Under the pieces are notes generated by a model. That model searched no databases, was not told the DNA's origin, and saw nothing but the letters and a program-made list of their open reading frames with translations. Positions 1 through 9,868 of a stretch of DNA of 64,000 nucleotides are shown one piece after another; the stretch's first letter is position 1; the number at the start of each line of letters is the position of its first letter. The stretch is taken from assembly GCA_963751275.1 (NCBI GenBank), contig CAVVTZ010000007.1, positions 544,001 to 608,000 of the forward strand, read 5' to 3'. This DNA is from an uncultured Gemmatimonadaceae bacterium. Lineage in GTDB: Bacteria > Gemmatimonadota > Gemmatimonadetes > Gemmatimonadales > Gemmatimonadaceae. The position numbers and the translations under genes are program-made.

Positions 1-949
1 CGCTGCCGTAGGTCCAGTCGGGAGTCGCGATCGTCGAGGCGGTGGCGGGCGCACCCAGGAACGTCGCCTCGCGCGCGAAGAGCGAGGGCGCGATGTATAC
101 GAACGTGACCGCGGAATCGGGATGCGCGGTGGTGAAACGGAACCAGTCGTCGCGGAAGGGCAGCGTCTTCGGCTCCTCGGCGTACAGCGCAGGATTGAGG
201 AACGCGATGAAATCCGCGAACGAGCCGCGATTGGCCGGCGTGCTGAACGGCCGCTGGTCGATGTCGATCACCGCGGGCGTGGTGCTGTTCGGGTCGTACA
301 GGTCCATCGTGTCGTTCACCACGATCCGGTGCCGGAGGCCCGTGACGATCCCGTTGCCGATCGCGGTGATCGTGTCCGAGGTGCGCGCGGGGAACGCCAC
401 CCAGAAACTGCTCGTGCCCGTGCCGGCCGTATCGTTCTTCGTGCTCGCGAAGCTGTTCACCTGGAGCGCCTGCGAGCCGAGGAAGAGCACGTCGACATTG
501 TCCGCGCCCGGCCCCGTCACGGTGAGCTGCTGCCCGTACTTCACGGAATCGGGGGCGATGCCATCCAGCGCGAGCGGATCCGAGACACGGAACTGCAGCG
601 TCGATTCCTTCGCGCTCTGCAGCGTGGGCGCTGCGGCGGTGATGGTCACGAAGCCCGGATTCACCCCGGTCACGCGCGCCGTGCGGCTCGAGAGCGGCGT
701 GATCGTGGCGAGCGTCGGATCGCCCGTGGTCCACACCACCTCGACGTTCTTCACTTCCACCGTGTCCTTCCCATGTTCCAGCAGGTACACGTGCGCCGTG
801 AACACCGTATCCGCGCCGCGGATGATCAGCGGCGGCGCCTGGATCGTCACCCATGCTCCCGCGCTGTTGTCCGTGGGGTACGAGCACGCCGCCGCGACGA
901 GCGACAGCGCGACGGCCGCGCGGCATGAGGCATGGAACGCTCGGCGCAT
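1..949 (-). CDS. Lipoprotein with Ig-like (Big_2/IPT-like) domains; runs off the window start
   Basis: Not in the ORF track. Translated by hand from ATG at 949: MRRAFHASCRAAVALSLVAAAC|SYPTDNS (lipobox), then VVWTTGDPTLATITPLSSRTARVTGVNPGFVTITAAA (Big_2-like) and LDGIAPDSVKYGQQLTVTG (IPT-like). No stop before position 1. Confidence 0.8.
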   Translation of the reverse strand, partial: MRRAFHASCRAAVALSLVAAACSYPTDNSAGAWVTIQAPPLIIRGADTVFTAHVYLLEHGKDTVEVKNVEVVWTTGDPTLATITPLSSRTARVTGVNPGFVTITAAAPTLQSAKESTLQFRVSDPLALDGIAPDSVKYGQQLTVTGPGADNVDVLFLGSQALQVNSFASTKNDTAGTGTSSFWVAFPARTSDTITAIGNGIVTGLRHRIVVNDTMDLYDPNSTTPAVIDIDQRPFSTPANRGSFADFIAFLNPALYAEEPKTLPFRDDWFRFTTAHPDSAVTFVYIAPSLFAREATFLGAPATASTIATPDWTYGS

Positions 950-1056
950 GGACTCAGGTGAGGGGAGAAGATGTCCCGAAGGTGATGCCCGACGCATCTC
1001 TAGGCAAGACGCCGCCCCCGGAGGCCGGGAAACAGGCGCCGAGCCATATTGAAAGC

Positions 1057-2058
1057 ATGGCATCCTACACCATGCGCGCTGTGGTGATCGCCGGCGCCGG
1101 TGGTCCCGATGTGTTGAATGTGCAGGAGGTGCCGCGGCCCGAGCCGGGCGCGGGCGAGGTGTTGGTGCGCGTGCACGCGGCGGCGCTCAATCGCGCGGAC
1201 ATCCATCAACGCGAGGGACGCTATCCGGCGCCGCCGGGATGGCCGAAGGACATTCCGGGAATGGAATTCGCCGGCGAGATCTCGGCGTTGGGCGCGGGCT
1301 CGCAACGATGGCGTGAAGGCGACCGCGTGTTCGGCATCGTGGGCGGCGGCGCGTACGCGGAGTATCTCGTCACGCACGAGGATACAGTCGCGCGCGTGCC
1401 CGACGGCCTGAGTTGGACCGATGCGGCCGCCGTGCCCGAGGCATTCATTACCGCGCAGGACGCGCTGCGGCAGGCCGAGATGCGCACTGGCGACCGCGTG
1501 CTCATTCACGCGGTGGGGAGCGGCGTGGGACTCGCGGCCGTGCAGCTCGTGCGCGCGCTGGGCGGCTCGTCGTACGGCACTGCGCGGCACCAGGCGAAGC
1601 TCGACGCCGCTCGCGCACTCGGGATGGAGAACGGCGCGGTCGTCGGCGCTCAAGCCGCGGATCTCGCCGGCGCCCTCCCCGCGCTCGCCGCCGCAGGCGG
1701 CGCCAACATCGTGCTCGATCTCCTCGGCGGCGCGTACACCGGCGCGAGCATCCCGCTCATGGCGCCGCGCGGCCGGCTCATGCTGCTCGGCACGCTCGCC
1801 GGCGCGCGCACCGACCTCCCGCTCGGCCCCGTGTTGCGCGGACGCCTGAGCATCCGCGGTACCGTGCTGCGCAGCCGGTCACTGGAGGAAAAGATCGCCG
1901 CCACGCGCGACTTCGAGGCGGTCATCGTGCCGATGCTCGAGCGCGGCGAGGTCAGGGCGGCAGTGGACAGAGTGCTCGCACTCGGCGAAGTTCGGGCGGC
2001 GCATGAGCGCATGGCCTCCAATGCGGGCGCTGGAAAGGTGGTCCTGCGGGTCATTTGA
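1057..2058 (+). CDS. NAD(P)H-quinone oxidoreductase, PIG3/zeta-crystallin (MDR) family
   Basis: MRAVVI..GGPDVL, ALNRAD..QREGRYP, PGMEFAG, LIHAVGSGVGLAAVQL, C-terminal GKVVL. Confidence 0.93.
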   Translation: MASYTMRAVVIAGAGGPDVLNVQEVPRPEPGAGEVLVRVHAAALNRADIHQREGRYPAPPGWPKDIPGMEFAGEISALGAGSQRWREGDRVFGIVGGGAYAEYLVTHEDTVARVPDGLSWTDAAAVPEAFITAQDALRQAEMRTGDRVLIHAVGSGVGLAAVQLVRALGGSSYGTARHQAKLDAARALGMENGAVVGAQAADLAGALPALAAAGGANIVLDLLGGAYTGASIPLMAPRGRLMLLGTLAGARTDLPLGPVLRGRLSIRGTVLRSRSLEEKIAATRDFEAVIVPMLERGEVRAAVDRVLALGEVRAAHERMASNAGAGKVVLRVI

Positions 2059-2142
2059 CCAAGGGCGTCATCCGGACCAGCTTCCCGCGGTGGCGGCATC
2101 CCGGCCGCCGGGATCCGGCTCACCCTCCACCCTCTTGTGAAG

Positions 2143-2817
2143 ATGCGCGTACTGCTCGTCGAGGATGATCTGACGATCGCCGCATTCGTGCGGACGGGAC
2201 TCACGGACAATGGGTTCGCCGTGGACTGTGCGACCGACGGTGAGGAAGCGCTGAAGATGGCGCTCTCCGGACCGTATCGGGCCGCGGTGATCGACATCAT
2301 GCTCCCGTCGCGCGATGGCCTGTCGATCATCACGGAGATGCGGCGTCACAGGGTGGCCACGCCGGTGATCGTGCTCAGCGCCAGGCGGAGCGTGGATGAG
2401 CGCGTACGAGGATTACAGGCGGGCGGCGATGATTATCTCGTCAAGCCGTTCGCCCTCTCCGAACTGCTCGCGCGCCTCCATGCGCTGACGCGCCGGGGAA
2501 CCGGCGTCGTGGAACCGACCATCCTCGTGGCGGGCGATATGCGGATGGACCTGCTCAAGCGGGAGGTCTGGCGCCAGGACCGGAAGATCGATCTGCCGCC
2601 GCGAGAATTCGCGCTGCTGGAGTATCTCATGCGCAATCCCGCGCGCGTTATTTCGAAGGCGACGATCCAGGAGCACGTCTGGGGCTCCGACCTCGAGCCG
2701 CAGACCAACATTGTCGATGTCCTCGTCTGCCGCCTCCGGCAACGGCTCCAGCATGCTCCAGCGGAGAAGTTGATCCATACCGTGCGGGGGGCGGGGTATG
2801 TACTCAGGGCGCTTTAG
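2143..2817 (+). CDS. OmpR/PhoB-family response regulator
   Basis: MRVLLVEDD, IDIMLP, GGDDYLVKPF, winged-helix IHTVRGAGY. Confidence 0.95.
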   Translation: MRVLLVEDDLTIAAFVRTGLTDNGFAVDCATDGEEALKMALSGPYRAAVIDIMLPSRDGLSIITEMRRHRVATPVIVLSARRSVDERVRGLQAGGDDYLVKPFALSELLARLHALTRRGTGVVEPTILVAGDMRMDLLKREVWRQDRKIDLPPREFALLEYLMRNPARVISKATIQEHVWGSDLEPQTNIVDVLVCRLRQRLQHAPAEKLIHTVRGAGYVLRAL

Positions 2818-4210
2818 AGGGATCTGGCGGACGGCCACTTTCCGCGTGATCCTCTGGTCGTCCGCGATCTTCATCGTGAGTTCGGCCCTGCTGTTCGTGC
2901 TGTCCTATCTCCTGCTCGTCGGGTCGCTCGAAACGAAGGACCGCCTCGCGATCCAGTTCCTGCAGAGCGCCTACGACGAGGAATTCTCCGAGGGTGGCAG
3001 CGCGGCCCTCCGGGCGAGAGTCGAGGCCGACCGCGCGAGCGGCAAGTTGCGTGACGCCGTGGTGCGGTTGCTGGATGCCGGCGGTTCGCAAGTCTGGGTG
3101 AGCGCACCCGCGGGAGGTCCGGCGTTCGATCTCTCGCTCCCCGCCGCCTCCGATTCGACTGCAGGCGGCTGGGCGAGCCGCCACGCCCCGGGCACGGACA
3201 CGGAGATGGACCTGCTCAGCACGCGGCTCGCCAACGGCTGGACGATCCAGGTCGGATTGAGCCGTGAACAGCGCGACGACGTCCTGCGCCGGTATCGCGA
3301 CACGATCATCGTGCTGCTCGTGGTGATCATTGCGGTCGGCTTCGCCGGCGGCGTGGTGCTCGCCTACAGGGCGCTGCGTCCCGCGCGGGCGCTCATGAGC
3401 TCGCTGCAGCCGATCATCGAGACCGGCGAGCTGCGGGCGCGCGTGCCGGTCGAGCCCACCGGCGACGAGTTCGAAGAATTGAGCGTATTGCTCAATCGCG
3501 CGCTCGAACGGATCGACCACGTGGTGGCGAGCATGCGCGGCTCCCTCGACAACGTCGCCCATGACTTGCGCACGCCGATGACCAGGCTGCGCGGGATCGC
3601 GGAACTCGCACTCGCATCCGGCGCGACCGAGGCCGACCACCGCGAAGCGCTCTCGAATTGCCTCGAGGAATCGGCCAACATGCTCATCATGCTCGACACA
3701 CTGCTGGAGATCTCCGAGGTCGAGGCGGGGTCCATCGATCTCGCGCTCGCACCGCTGGACCTCGCGCCGGTCCTGTCCCGCATCGCCGACATGTACGGGA
3801 TGCTCGCGGAGCACGCTGGGATCACGCTCGAACTCGCATCGTGCGAACCGCTCGTCATCGTGGCCGACCGCAGCCGGATGACGCAGGCGGTCGCGAACCT
3901 GGTGGACAACGCGGTCAAGTACACGCCGCCCGGCGGCCAGGTGTGTTTGGAGGCCCATCGCGAAGACGGCGATGCCGTGATCGTCGTGCGCGACAGCGGG
4001 ATCGGGATTCCGGCGCACGAGGCCGAACGGATCTGGGACCGGTCCTTCCGCGGGGATGCCAGCCGCTCGAAGCACGGGCTCGGGCTCGGCCTCAGTGTCG
4101 TGCGGGCGGTCGCGCGCGCACACGGCGGCAGCGTCACGATGCTCTCGAGCCCCGGCGCCGGCGCGCGGTTCACCCTGCGTCTCCCGCTCGCGCCGCGGCC
4201 ACGGGACTGA
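2798..4210 (+). CDS. Membrane sensor histidine kinase (HAMP-HisKA-HATPase)
   Basis: Two TM segments, VAHDLRTPMT H-box, NLVDNAVKY, DSGIGI, GLGLGL. Overlaps the upstream response regulator. Confidence 0.95.
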   Translation: MYSGRFRGIWRTATFRVILWSSAIFIVSSALLFVLSYLLLVGSLETKDRLAIQFLQSAYDEEFSEGGSAALRARVEADRASGKLRDAVVRLLDAGGSQVWVSAPAGGPAFDLSLPAASDSTAGGWASRHAPGTDTEMDLLSTRLANGWTIQVGLSREQRDDVLRRYRDTIIVLLVVIIAVGFAGGVVLAYRALRPARALMSSLQPIIETGELRARVPVEPTGDEFEELSVLLNRALERIDHVVASMRGSLDNVAHDLRTPMTRLRGIAELALASGATEADHREALSNCLEESANMLIMLDTLLEISEVEAGSIDLALAPLDLAPVLSRIADMYGMLAEHAGITLELASCEPLVIVADRSRMTQAVANLVDNAVKYTPPGGQVCLEAHREDGDAVIVVRDSGIGIPAHEAERIWDRSFRGDASRSKHGLGLGLSVVRAVARAHGGSVTMLSSPGAGARFTLRLPLAPRPRD

Positions 4211-4258
4211 CACCGCCCCGCATTGACGGCACGACCGCCGCCCGATCAGACTTCCGCC

Positions 4259-4930
4259 ATGATCCGCGAACATCATCTCCCCGTCACGCGCACCGCGCGC
4301 TACCACACGCTCGGCCCCTCCGCCGGCGCGCCGAAGCAGCTCTGGATCGTGTGCCACGGCTACGGCCAGCTCGCGGCGCGCTTCCTGCGGCACTTCGAAG
4401 TGATCGACGACGGCACGCGGCTCATCGTCGCGCCCGAAGCGCTGTCGCGGTTCTACATGACGAGCGATGACGCGGCGCATGCCGATTCGAAGATCGGCGC
4501 CAGCTGGATGACCCGCGAGGACCGGCTGAGCGAGATCGACGACTACATCGGGTATCTCGACGCGCTCTACGCCCAGCTCGCGCAGGACTACGATCTTTCC
4601 GCCACCCGCGTGATCGCGCTCGGATTCTCGCAGGGGGTCGCGACGGTGTGCCGCTGGGTGGAGCGCGGCCGGTCGCCCGTGAACGAAGTGGTCCTCTGGG
4701 CCGGCGCGGTGCCCCCCGACATGGACCTCTCCAAGCCGGCGCATCCGCTGCGCGAACTCCAGCCCGTGATCGTGCTGGGCGACAGCGACCACTTCGCCCC
4801 GCCGTCCGCCATCGCGGCGCACGAAGCGCGCCTGCGCGAGCGCGGCGTGCGCTTCGAGATCGTGCGCTTCGCCGGCGGCCACCGCCTCGACTACGACACC
4901 CTCAGCGCGCTCGCCGCGCGCTGGGGGTGA
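4259..4930 (+). CDS. Phospholipase/carboxylesterase-family alpha/beta hydrolase
   Basis: CHGYGQ oxyanion motif, GFSQG nucleophile motif, GDSD and GGH for the catalytic Asp/His. Confidence 0.9.
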   Translation: MIREHHLPVTRTARYHTLGPSAGAPKQLWIVCHGYGQLAARFLRHFEVIDDGTRLIVAPEALSRFYMTSDDAAHADSKIGASWMTREDRLSEIDDYIGYLDALYAQLAQDYDLSATRVIALGFSQGVATVCRWVERGRSPVNEVVLWAGAVPPDMDLSKPAHPLRELQPVIVLGDSDHFAPPSAIAAHEARLRERGVRFEIVRFAGGHRLDYDTLSALAARWG

Positions 4931-4936
4931 GCGCGG

Positions 4937-6896
4937 CTACTGCTTGTTGAGGACGATGACCTTGATGTCGTCCTTCGTGATCTCGCGCAGGAAGTCGAGC
5001 AGGGCCGGGTAGTCGCTCGCCGGGAAGACGCCCGTCGTGCCCGAGCGGCGCCGCACGATCCGCAGTTCGCGCCCCACCTGCGTGTAGGTCGCCTCGTACT
5101 CGCCGAACACGCTCTTCGCGTGCACGCCGGCGGGGAGCGCCGCCTTCCAGCCCACCGGCAGCGTGAGACGGAATTCCTGCACGGTCTCATCGGGCCCCCA
5201 CACCGCGTCGCTCGAGATCGGGTACTTCCGCGGGCCCCGCGCTTCGAGCGACGCGAGGGTCTTCGTCTGCGTGAAGTTCGCGATCGGCAACTCGAGGATC
5301 ATCACGCCGCCCGCGTCGGTGATCATCTTGCCGCCGCGGATCACCACGGAGTAGCGCGGTACCGCGTTCAGGTCGCGCCCCTCGAACAGCTGCAGGCTGT
5401 CCCCGGTGGACCCATCCACCACCGAGTTCGCCACGGACAGCGTCATTCGCGCGCGCGCCGCCGAGTCCGGCTTCGTGGTGCTCGACATCTGCTCGCGCAT
5501 CCCGAACTGGTTGTTGCCGGTGGCCGTCGCGGTCCACTTGCCGTTGAACGCGCCCTCCGGCGTCAGCTCACCCGCGATGAGCACGCTGGAACGGTTCTCG
5601 CTCGCGGGCGATTCCGGGAAGATCACTCCCTGCGCCGCGCCGTCATCCTTCACGAGCAGGCCGAACTCGCCCTGCTCGTCGGGCGGCAGGTCGCCGTACG
5701 GCACGATCTCGGCGGTGAGATCCAGGAACTGGTAGCCGCCCGCCCGGCTTCGCGACCGCCGCGATCATGTGGTCGAACTGGTGCGCCGTGGGCACGAGCG
5801 TGTCCACGCCGCCGTCGGCGCTGAGCAGCACCGGGTACGCCTGGTAGCCGTACTTGCGCGCGATCGCCACGAAGAACGTCGCCTTGTCCTTGCAGTCGCC
5901 GTACTTGTTGTCGAACACCATCGACGGCGGATGCGGCTGATAGCCGTCGATGCCCAGCGAGAGCGACACGTAGCGGAAGTCCTGCGCCACCCAGCGGTAG
6001 AGCGCGCGCAGGGTGTCCTCTCCCGTCTTGGCGCCGGCGACGATCTCGGCGGCCTTCGCCTCTATCGCTGGATCGAGCGCGTAGCGGTCCTTCGCGAGCC
6101 CCGCGTACCATTTGCCCACGTCGCCCCACGTGAGGCGCGCCGTGAGGCTGATCGACTCGCCGTACACGCTGTCCGGCGCGTACGGCTCGCGCTCGGGCTT
6201 CTTCACGTCCTGCGTCGCCCAGGTGTACGTGCGGCGCCCTTTTGCGACCGTCTCCTTGCGCGCGAACGTGAGATGCCGCTCGGTGATCCGCGGCTCGACG
6301 TTGTCGGGCACGTCCACGATGAAGCGCGAGCGCTGCGTCTGCGTGCCGGTCAGCACGCTCCAGCTCGTGTAGTAGTCGCCCGGGATCAACGGCTTCTGCA
6401 CTTCGACCGTGTAGCTGTAGTCCACGATCGTGCCCGGCGCGACGCCGCCGAGCGACACGCGGTGGATCATCTCGTCCGAATACACCGGCGCCGACATCGC
6501 CACCGGCGCGAGCGACTCCTGCTCGTGCACCGGCTTCGAGCTGATCACGTTGCCCTTGAGGTCGAGCACGCGCACCCAGTTGATCGTGAGCTTCTCGCGT
6601 CCCTTGGAGTAGGCGAACGACCGCTCGCCCCACAGCTCGGCGCCCTCCGGCGTGAGCACCTGCGCCACCTGCCGGTACGTGCGTGTGCCCGAGCCGTCGG
6701 CCTCGAGCCGCTCCACGCCGTCGTCGAGGAGGAAGACGTAGCGCTCGTCCGCGTACAATTTGGGGTCCACGGCCAGCTTGTAGATCGTGTCGTCCTTCAC
6801 CGACGGGTCGCCCTTCGGTGTGATCTTCGGCGCCTGCGCGGCCGCGAGCGACGCGGCGGCGGCGAGCAGGGCGGCGGTGAGTGTCAGGCGGCGCAT
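4937..6896 (-). CDS. Secreted DUF3857 + transglutaminase-like + DUF3858-like protein (one apparent frameshift near 5740)
   Basis: Signal peptide MRRLTLTAALLAAAASLAAA, PGTIVDYSY, YGDCKDKA catalytic Cys, FDHMIA. The C-terminal half continues in ORF 4937..5704 (YQFLDLT..PYGDLP). Confidence 0.85.
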
Positions 6897-6948
6897 GGTG
6901 GATCCGGGAAGAGTGGGATTCGGAAGATCGGAGTGGGTACGGCCCGGG

Positions 6949-7794
6949 TCAATCGGTGTGCTCTGCCGAGCCGTCGGTCTGCTCGGCCGCTTCGTTTTCT
7001 GTGCGGTCCCGAATGACACGCTGCTGCCGCCACGCGACCACCGCGACCGTGGCGGAGATGGCCATGATGGCGGCCATCCGCATTGATCCCTCCGTGCCCG
7101 CGCTGAGTGCGGGAAATGCATCCGGGGAAGGAAAGTAGTGGTCCACGACGAAGAGCGAGGCGTTGAACGTCATGTGGATGAGCACGCCGGACCAGATCGA
7201 CCGCGTGAGATACACCGAGTACCCGCACGCGAGGCCGAGTGGGAACATGAATCCTACCCCCCACGGGTCGAGATGTGCGACGGCGAACAGGGCGGCCGTG
7301 TTGACGATGGCGCTCTCGGGCCCGAACTCACGGGAGAGCCGCCCCTGGATCCAGCCGCGCATGATCACTTCCTCGATGAGCGGGCCAACGAGGACGGCGC
7401 CGACGATGATCGGGATCATGCCGAATCGCAGCGCGGCGTACTGCTCGGTCGTGTCGCCCGGGGTGTCCGGCTGCGGCACGAGGCGCATGTACACGCTGAG
7501 GTACGCGAGCAGGAAGCCGGTGACCGCGATGGCCGTGACCACCGTCCACCGCCACTGGTCGCCAAGGGGCCGGGCGCGCGACCGGGCGCGCCGTTCGATC
7601 TGTGCGGCGCCGCCGGCCGGCGCGAGGTAGCGCTGGGTGAACAGGAGCGCGATGAGGACCAGCACGCCGGTGGCCGCGAGGGGCGGCAGGTACGTGCCGT
7701 CGGGCGTGATGACGAAGCATGCCGACTGCGCCAGCGCGCACAGGAAGAGCAGCGCGAGCGAGTTGGTGAGATCGAGGAAAAGGGGGCGCTGCAT
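6949..7794 (-). CDS. CPBP (CAAX/Abi) family intramembrane metalloprotease
   Basis: Multi-TM. EEVIMRG, FAVAH and HMTFN motifs. Confidence 0.9.
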   Translation of the reverse strand: MQRPLFLDLTNSLALLFLCALAQSACFVITPDGTYLPPLAATGVLVLIALLFTQRYLAPAGGAAQIERRARSRARPLGDQWRWTVVTAIAVTGFLLAYLSVYMRLVPQPDTPGDTTEQYAALRFGMIPIIVGAVLVGPLIEEVIMRGWIQGRLSREFGPESAIVNTAALFAVAHLDPWGVGFMFPLGLACGYSVYLTRSIWSGVLIHMTFNASLFVVDHYFPSPDAFPALSAGTEGSMRMAAIMAISATVAVVAWRQQRVIRDRTENEAAEQTDGSAEHTD

Positions 7795-7892
7795 TCCGGT
7801 TCGAAAGGATGCGATTGGGGAGGGGGAAGTCCAGTGCGCCGCGAATCCGGCGGGCCCCTTCGGTCGTCCTCCTGCTACGGAGGATCACCCGC

Positions 7893-8195
7893 ATGCCGAA
7901 CATTCCCTGTCCGCATTGCAACCGTCAGATCTCGGACCAGTCGAAGCGCTGCCTCTATTGCGCCAAGCCGCTGGACGGCGGCGCATCCGGCGACGTGGAG
8001 AAACGCGCGCAGATGCTGAGCGCGATGTACAAGGCGGGCGTGGGCCTGCCGGTGCGCCCGAAGGAGAGCCGCCTCGCGAAGGTGCGCGACGAACCGATGC
8101 CCGTGAAGGTGATCGTCGCGCTGCTGTTGCTCCCTCTCGTGCTGATCTGGCCGCCGTGGTGGTGGAACGGGGTCAAGACCATCTTCCGTCCTTAG
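7893..8195 (+). CDS. Small zinc-ribbon membrane protein
   Basis: GGAGGA RBS, MPNIPCPHC..RCLYC, C-terminal hydrophobic helix. Confidence 0.75.
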   Translation: MPNIPCPHCNRQISDQSKRCLYCAKPLDGGASGDVEKRAQMLSAMYKAGVGLPVRPKESRLAKVRDEPMPVKVIVALLLLPLVLIWPPWWWNGVKTIFRP

Positions 8196-8198
8196 CTG

Positions 8199-8307
8199 CG
8201 ACGGCGCGTGTAGTCGTTGACGTGTGGTAACAACGACGGCGCGTGTAGTCGCCACACGTCTCACACGTCACAGGCGCCGTCAGCGGCGCCACCCTCGCCG
8301 TCAGCGG
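8199..8307. repeat. Intergenic mixed direct/inverted repeat cluster
   Basis: CGACGGCGCGTGTAGTCG at 8199-8216 and 8234-8251. GACGTGTGG (8219-8227) is inverted to CCACACGTC (8252-8260). CGCCGTCAGCGG occurs twice (8275-8286, 8296-8307). Confidence 0.75.
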
Positions 8308-8371
8308 TGCCAGTGCCGCCCCTGATGCGTCGTCAACTGGACGTTTCCCCGCGCCCATGGGACATTAGGTA

Positions 8372-9868
8372 ATGCCGTCCGTTGACGTCGTCCGCGATCT
8401 CGAGCTCCTCGTCCGTTCCCGTTACGCCCTCATCATCCTCGACACCATTGAGGATGACCGCGCGACCACCGTCGTGGAGTACGTCGCCGCCGGACTCGGG
8501 CTTCCGCTCTTCAATTGGTCGGTGGAGCAGGGCCTCCGCCGTGCGGGCGCCGATGTCGCCTCGTACGACACGGGCACGCCCGCCAAGGCGCTCGCCTTCA
8601 TCGCGGCGTCGCCCATTGGCGCGCTCTATCACCTCGAGGGTTTCGGCGAGTACCTCTCGGACGCCGCCATCGTCTCCCGCCTCAAGACCGCCGCGATGCA
8701 CTTCGGCCAGAGCACCGGCGCGCTCGTGATCTCCGGCGGCGGCATCACGATCCCCGACGCGATCTCGGCGATCGCCACGCGCGTCGCGCTCCCGGCGCTC
8801 GAGCTCGCGGATTACAAACGCCTCCTCGATCAGGTGGTGCGCGACACCAGGGCCCGCATGACGGTGGAGGTCTCGCTCACCCCGGATGAGACCAACCAGC
8901 TGCTCGGCAACCTGCGCGGCGTCACGCTCATGGAAGCGGAGCGGATCCTGACGCGCGCGATCGTCGAAGATGGCAAGCTCGACGCGTCCGACATCGAGCG
9001 CGTCGTCGCGTCCAAGCGCGAGCGCGTCGCGAACGATGGCGTGCTGCAGTACGTCCCCGCCGACACGGGAATGAGCGATGTGGTCGGCCTCGCCGGCCTC
9101 AAGACGTGGCTCGCGAAACGGCGGCTCATCCTCACCGACACCACGCGCGCATTGAACTTCGGCCTCAGCTTCCCGAAAGGCATGCTCCTGCTCGGCGTGC
9201 CGGGCTGCGGCAAGAGCCTCTGCGCGAAGGCCGTCGCGAAGGAGTGGTCGCTGCCGCTGCTCAAGCTCGACGCGGGTTCGTCTGTACGACAAGTTCATCG
9301 GCGAGACAGAGAAGAATTTCCGCAAGGCGATGGACACCGCCGAGCGCGTCGCGCCGGACATTCTCTGGATCGACGAGATCGAGAAGGCCTTCGCCGCGGG
9401 CGGCGGCGACGCCGACGGCGGCCTCTCCACGCGCCTCCTCGGCAGCTTCCTCACCTGGCTGCAGGACCGGCACGGGGATGTCTTCATGGTCGCGACCGCG
9501 AACGACATCGACAAGCTCCCGCCCGGAGCTCCTGCGCAAGGGACGCTTCGACGAGATCTTCTTCGTGGACCTGCCCGACGGCGGCCGCCCGCGCGCAGAT
9601 CTTCTCCGTGCATCTCAAGAAGCGGAACCAGAAGCCCGAGCGCTTCGACCTCGACGCCCTCGCCGCGGCCTCCGATGGATTCAGCGGATCGGAGATCGAG
9701 CAGGTGGTCGTGTCATTGCTCTACAGCGCGTTCGCGGACCATTCCGATCTCACCACCGCGATGATGCTCGCCGAGATCAAGGCGACGAGCCCGCTCAGCC
9801 GCACGATGGCGGCCAAGATCGACGCGCTCCGCGAGTGGGCACAGGACAAGACCGTGAGCGCCGAATGA
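8372..9868 (+). CDS. Ycf46-like AAA+ ATPase (three apparent +1 indels near 9277, 9523 and 9580 that restore the frame overall)
   Basis: Walker A GVPGCGKS. In shifted frames: LYDKFIGETEKN, Walker B LWIDEIEKAF, VATAN and LLRKGRFDEIFFVDLP. Also FSGSEIEQ and C-terminal LREWA. Confidence 0.9.
   Translation: MPSVDVVRDLELLVRSRYALIILDTIEDDRATTVVEYVAAGLGLPLFNWSVEQGLRRAGADVASYDTGTPAKALAFIAASPIGALYHLEGFGEYLSDAAIVSRLKTAAMHFGQSTGALVISGGGITIPDAISAIATRVALPALELADYKRLLDQVVRDTRARMTVEVSLTPDETNQLLGNLRGVTLMEAERILTRAIVEDGKLDASDIERVVASKRERVANDGVLQYVPADTGMSDVVGLAGLKTWLAKRRLILTDTTRALNFGLSFPKGMLLLGVPGCGKSLCAKAVAKEWSLPLLKLDAGSSVRQVHRRDREEFPQGDGHRRARRAGHSLDRRDREGLRRGRRRRRRRPLHAPPRQLPHLAAGPARGCLHGRDRERHRQAPARSSCARDASTRSSSWTCPTAAARAQIFSVHLKKRNQKPERFDLDALAAASDGFSGSEIEQVVVSLLYSAFADHSDLTTAMMLAEIKATSPLSRTMAAKIDALREWAQDKTVSAE

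Noticed and set aside
42..1052. Plus-strand ORFs 42..1052 and 122..928, and the many other long antisense or alternate-frame ORFs (for example 2804..4882, 11001..13445, 37158..39668, 56422..58605)
   Set aside because: Shadow ORFs expected in high-GC DNA. They overlap motif-bearing genes and give Arg/Ala/Pro-rich translations with no recognisable motifs.
6949..7794. CPBP protease as the processing enzyme for the 63117 peptide
   Set aside because: It is 55 kb away with no linkage evidence, and CPBP genes are common.
8199..8251. 18-bp direct repeat as a mini-CRISPR
   Set aside because: Only two copies, repeat and spacer too short, and no cas genes in the window.
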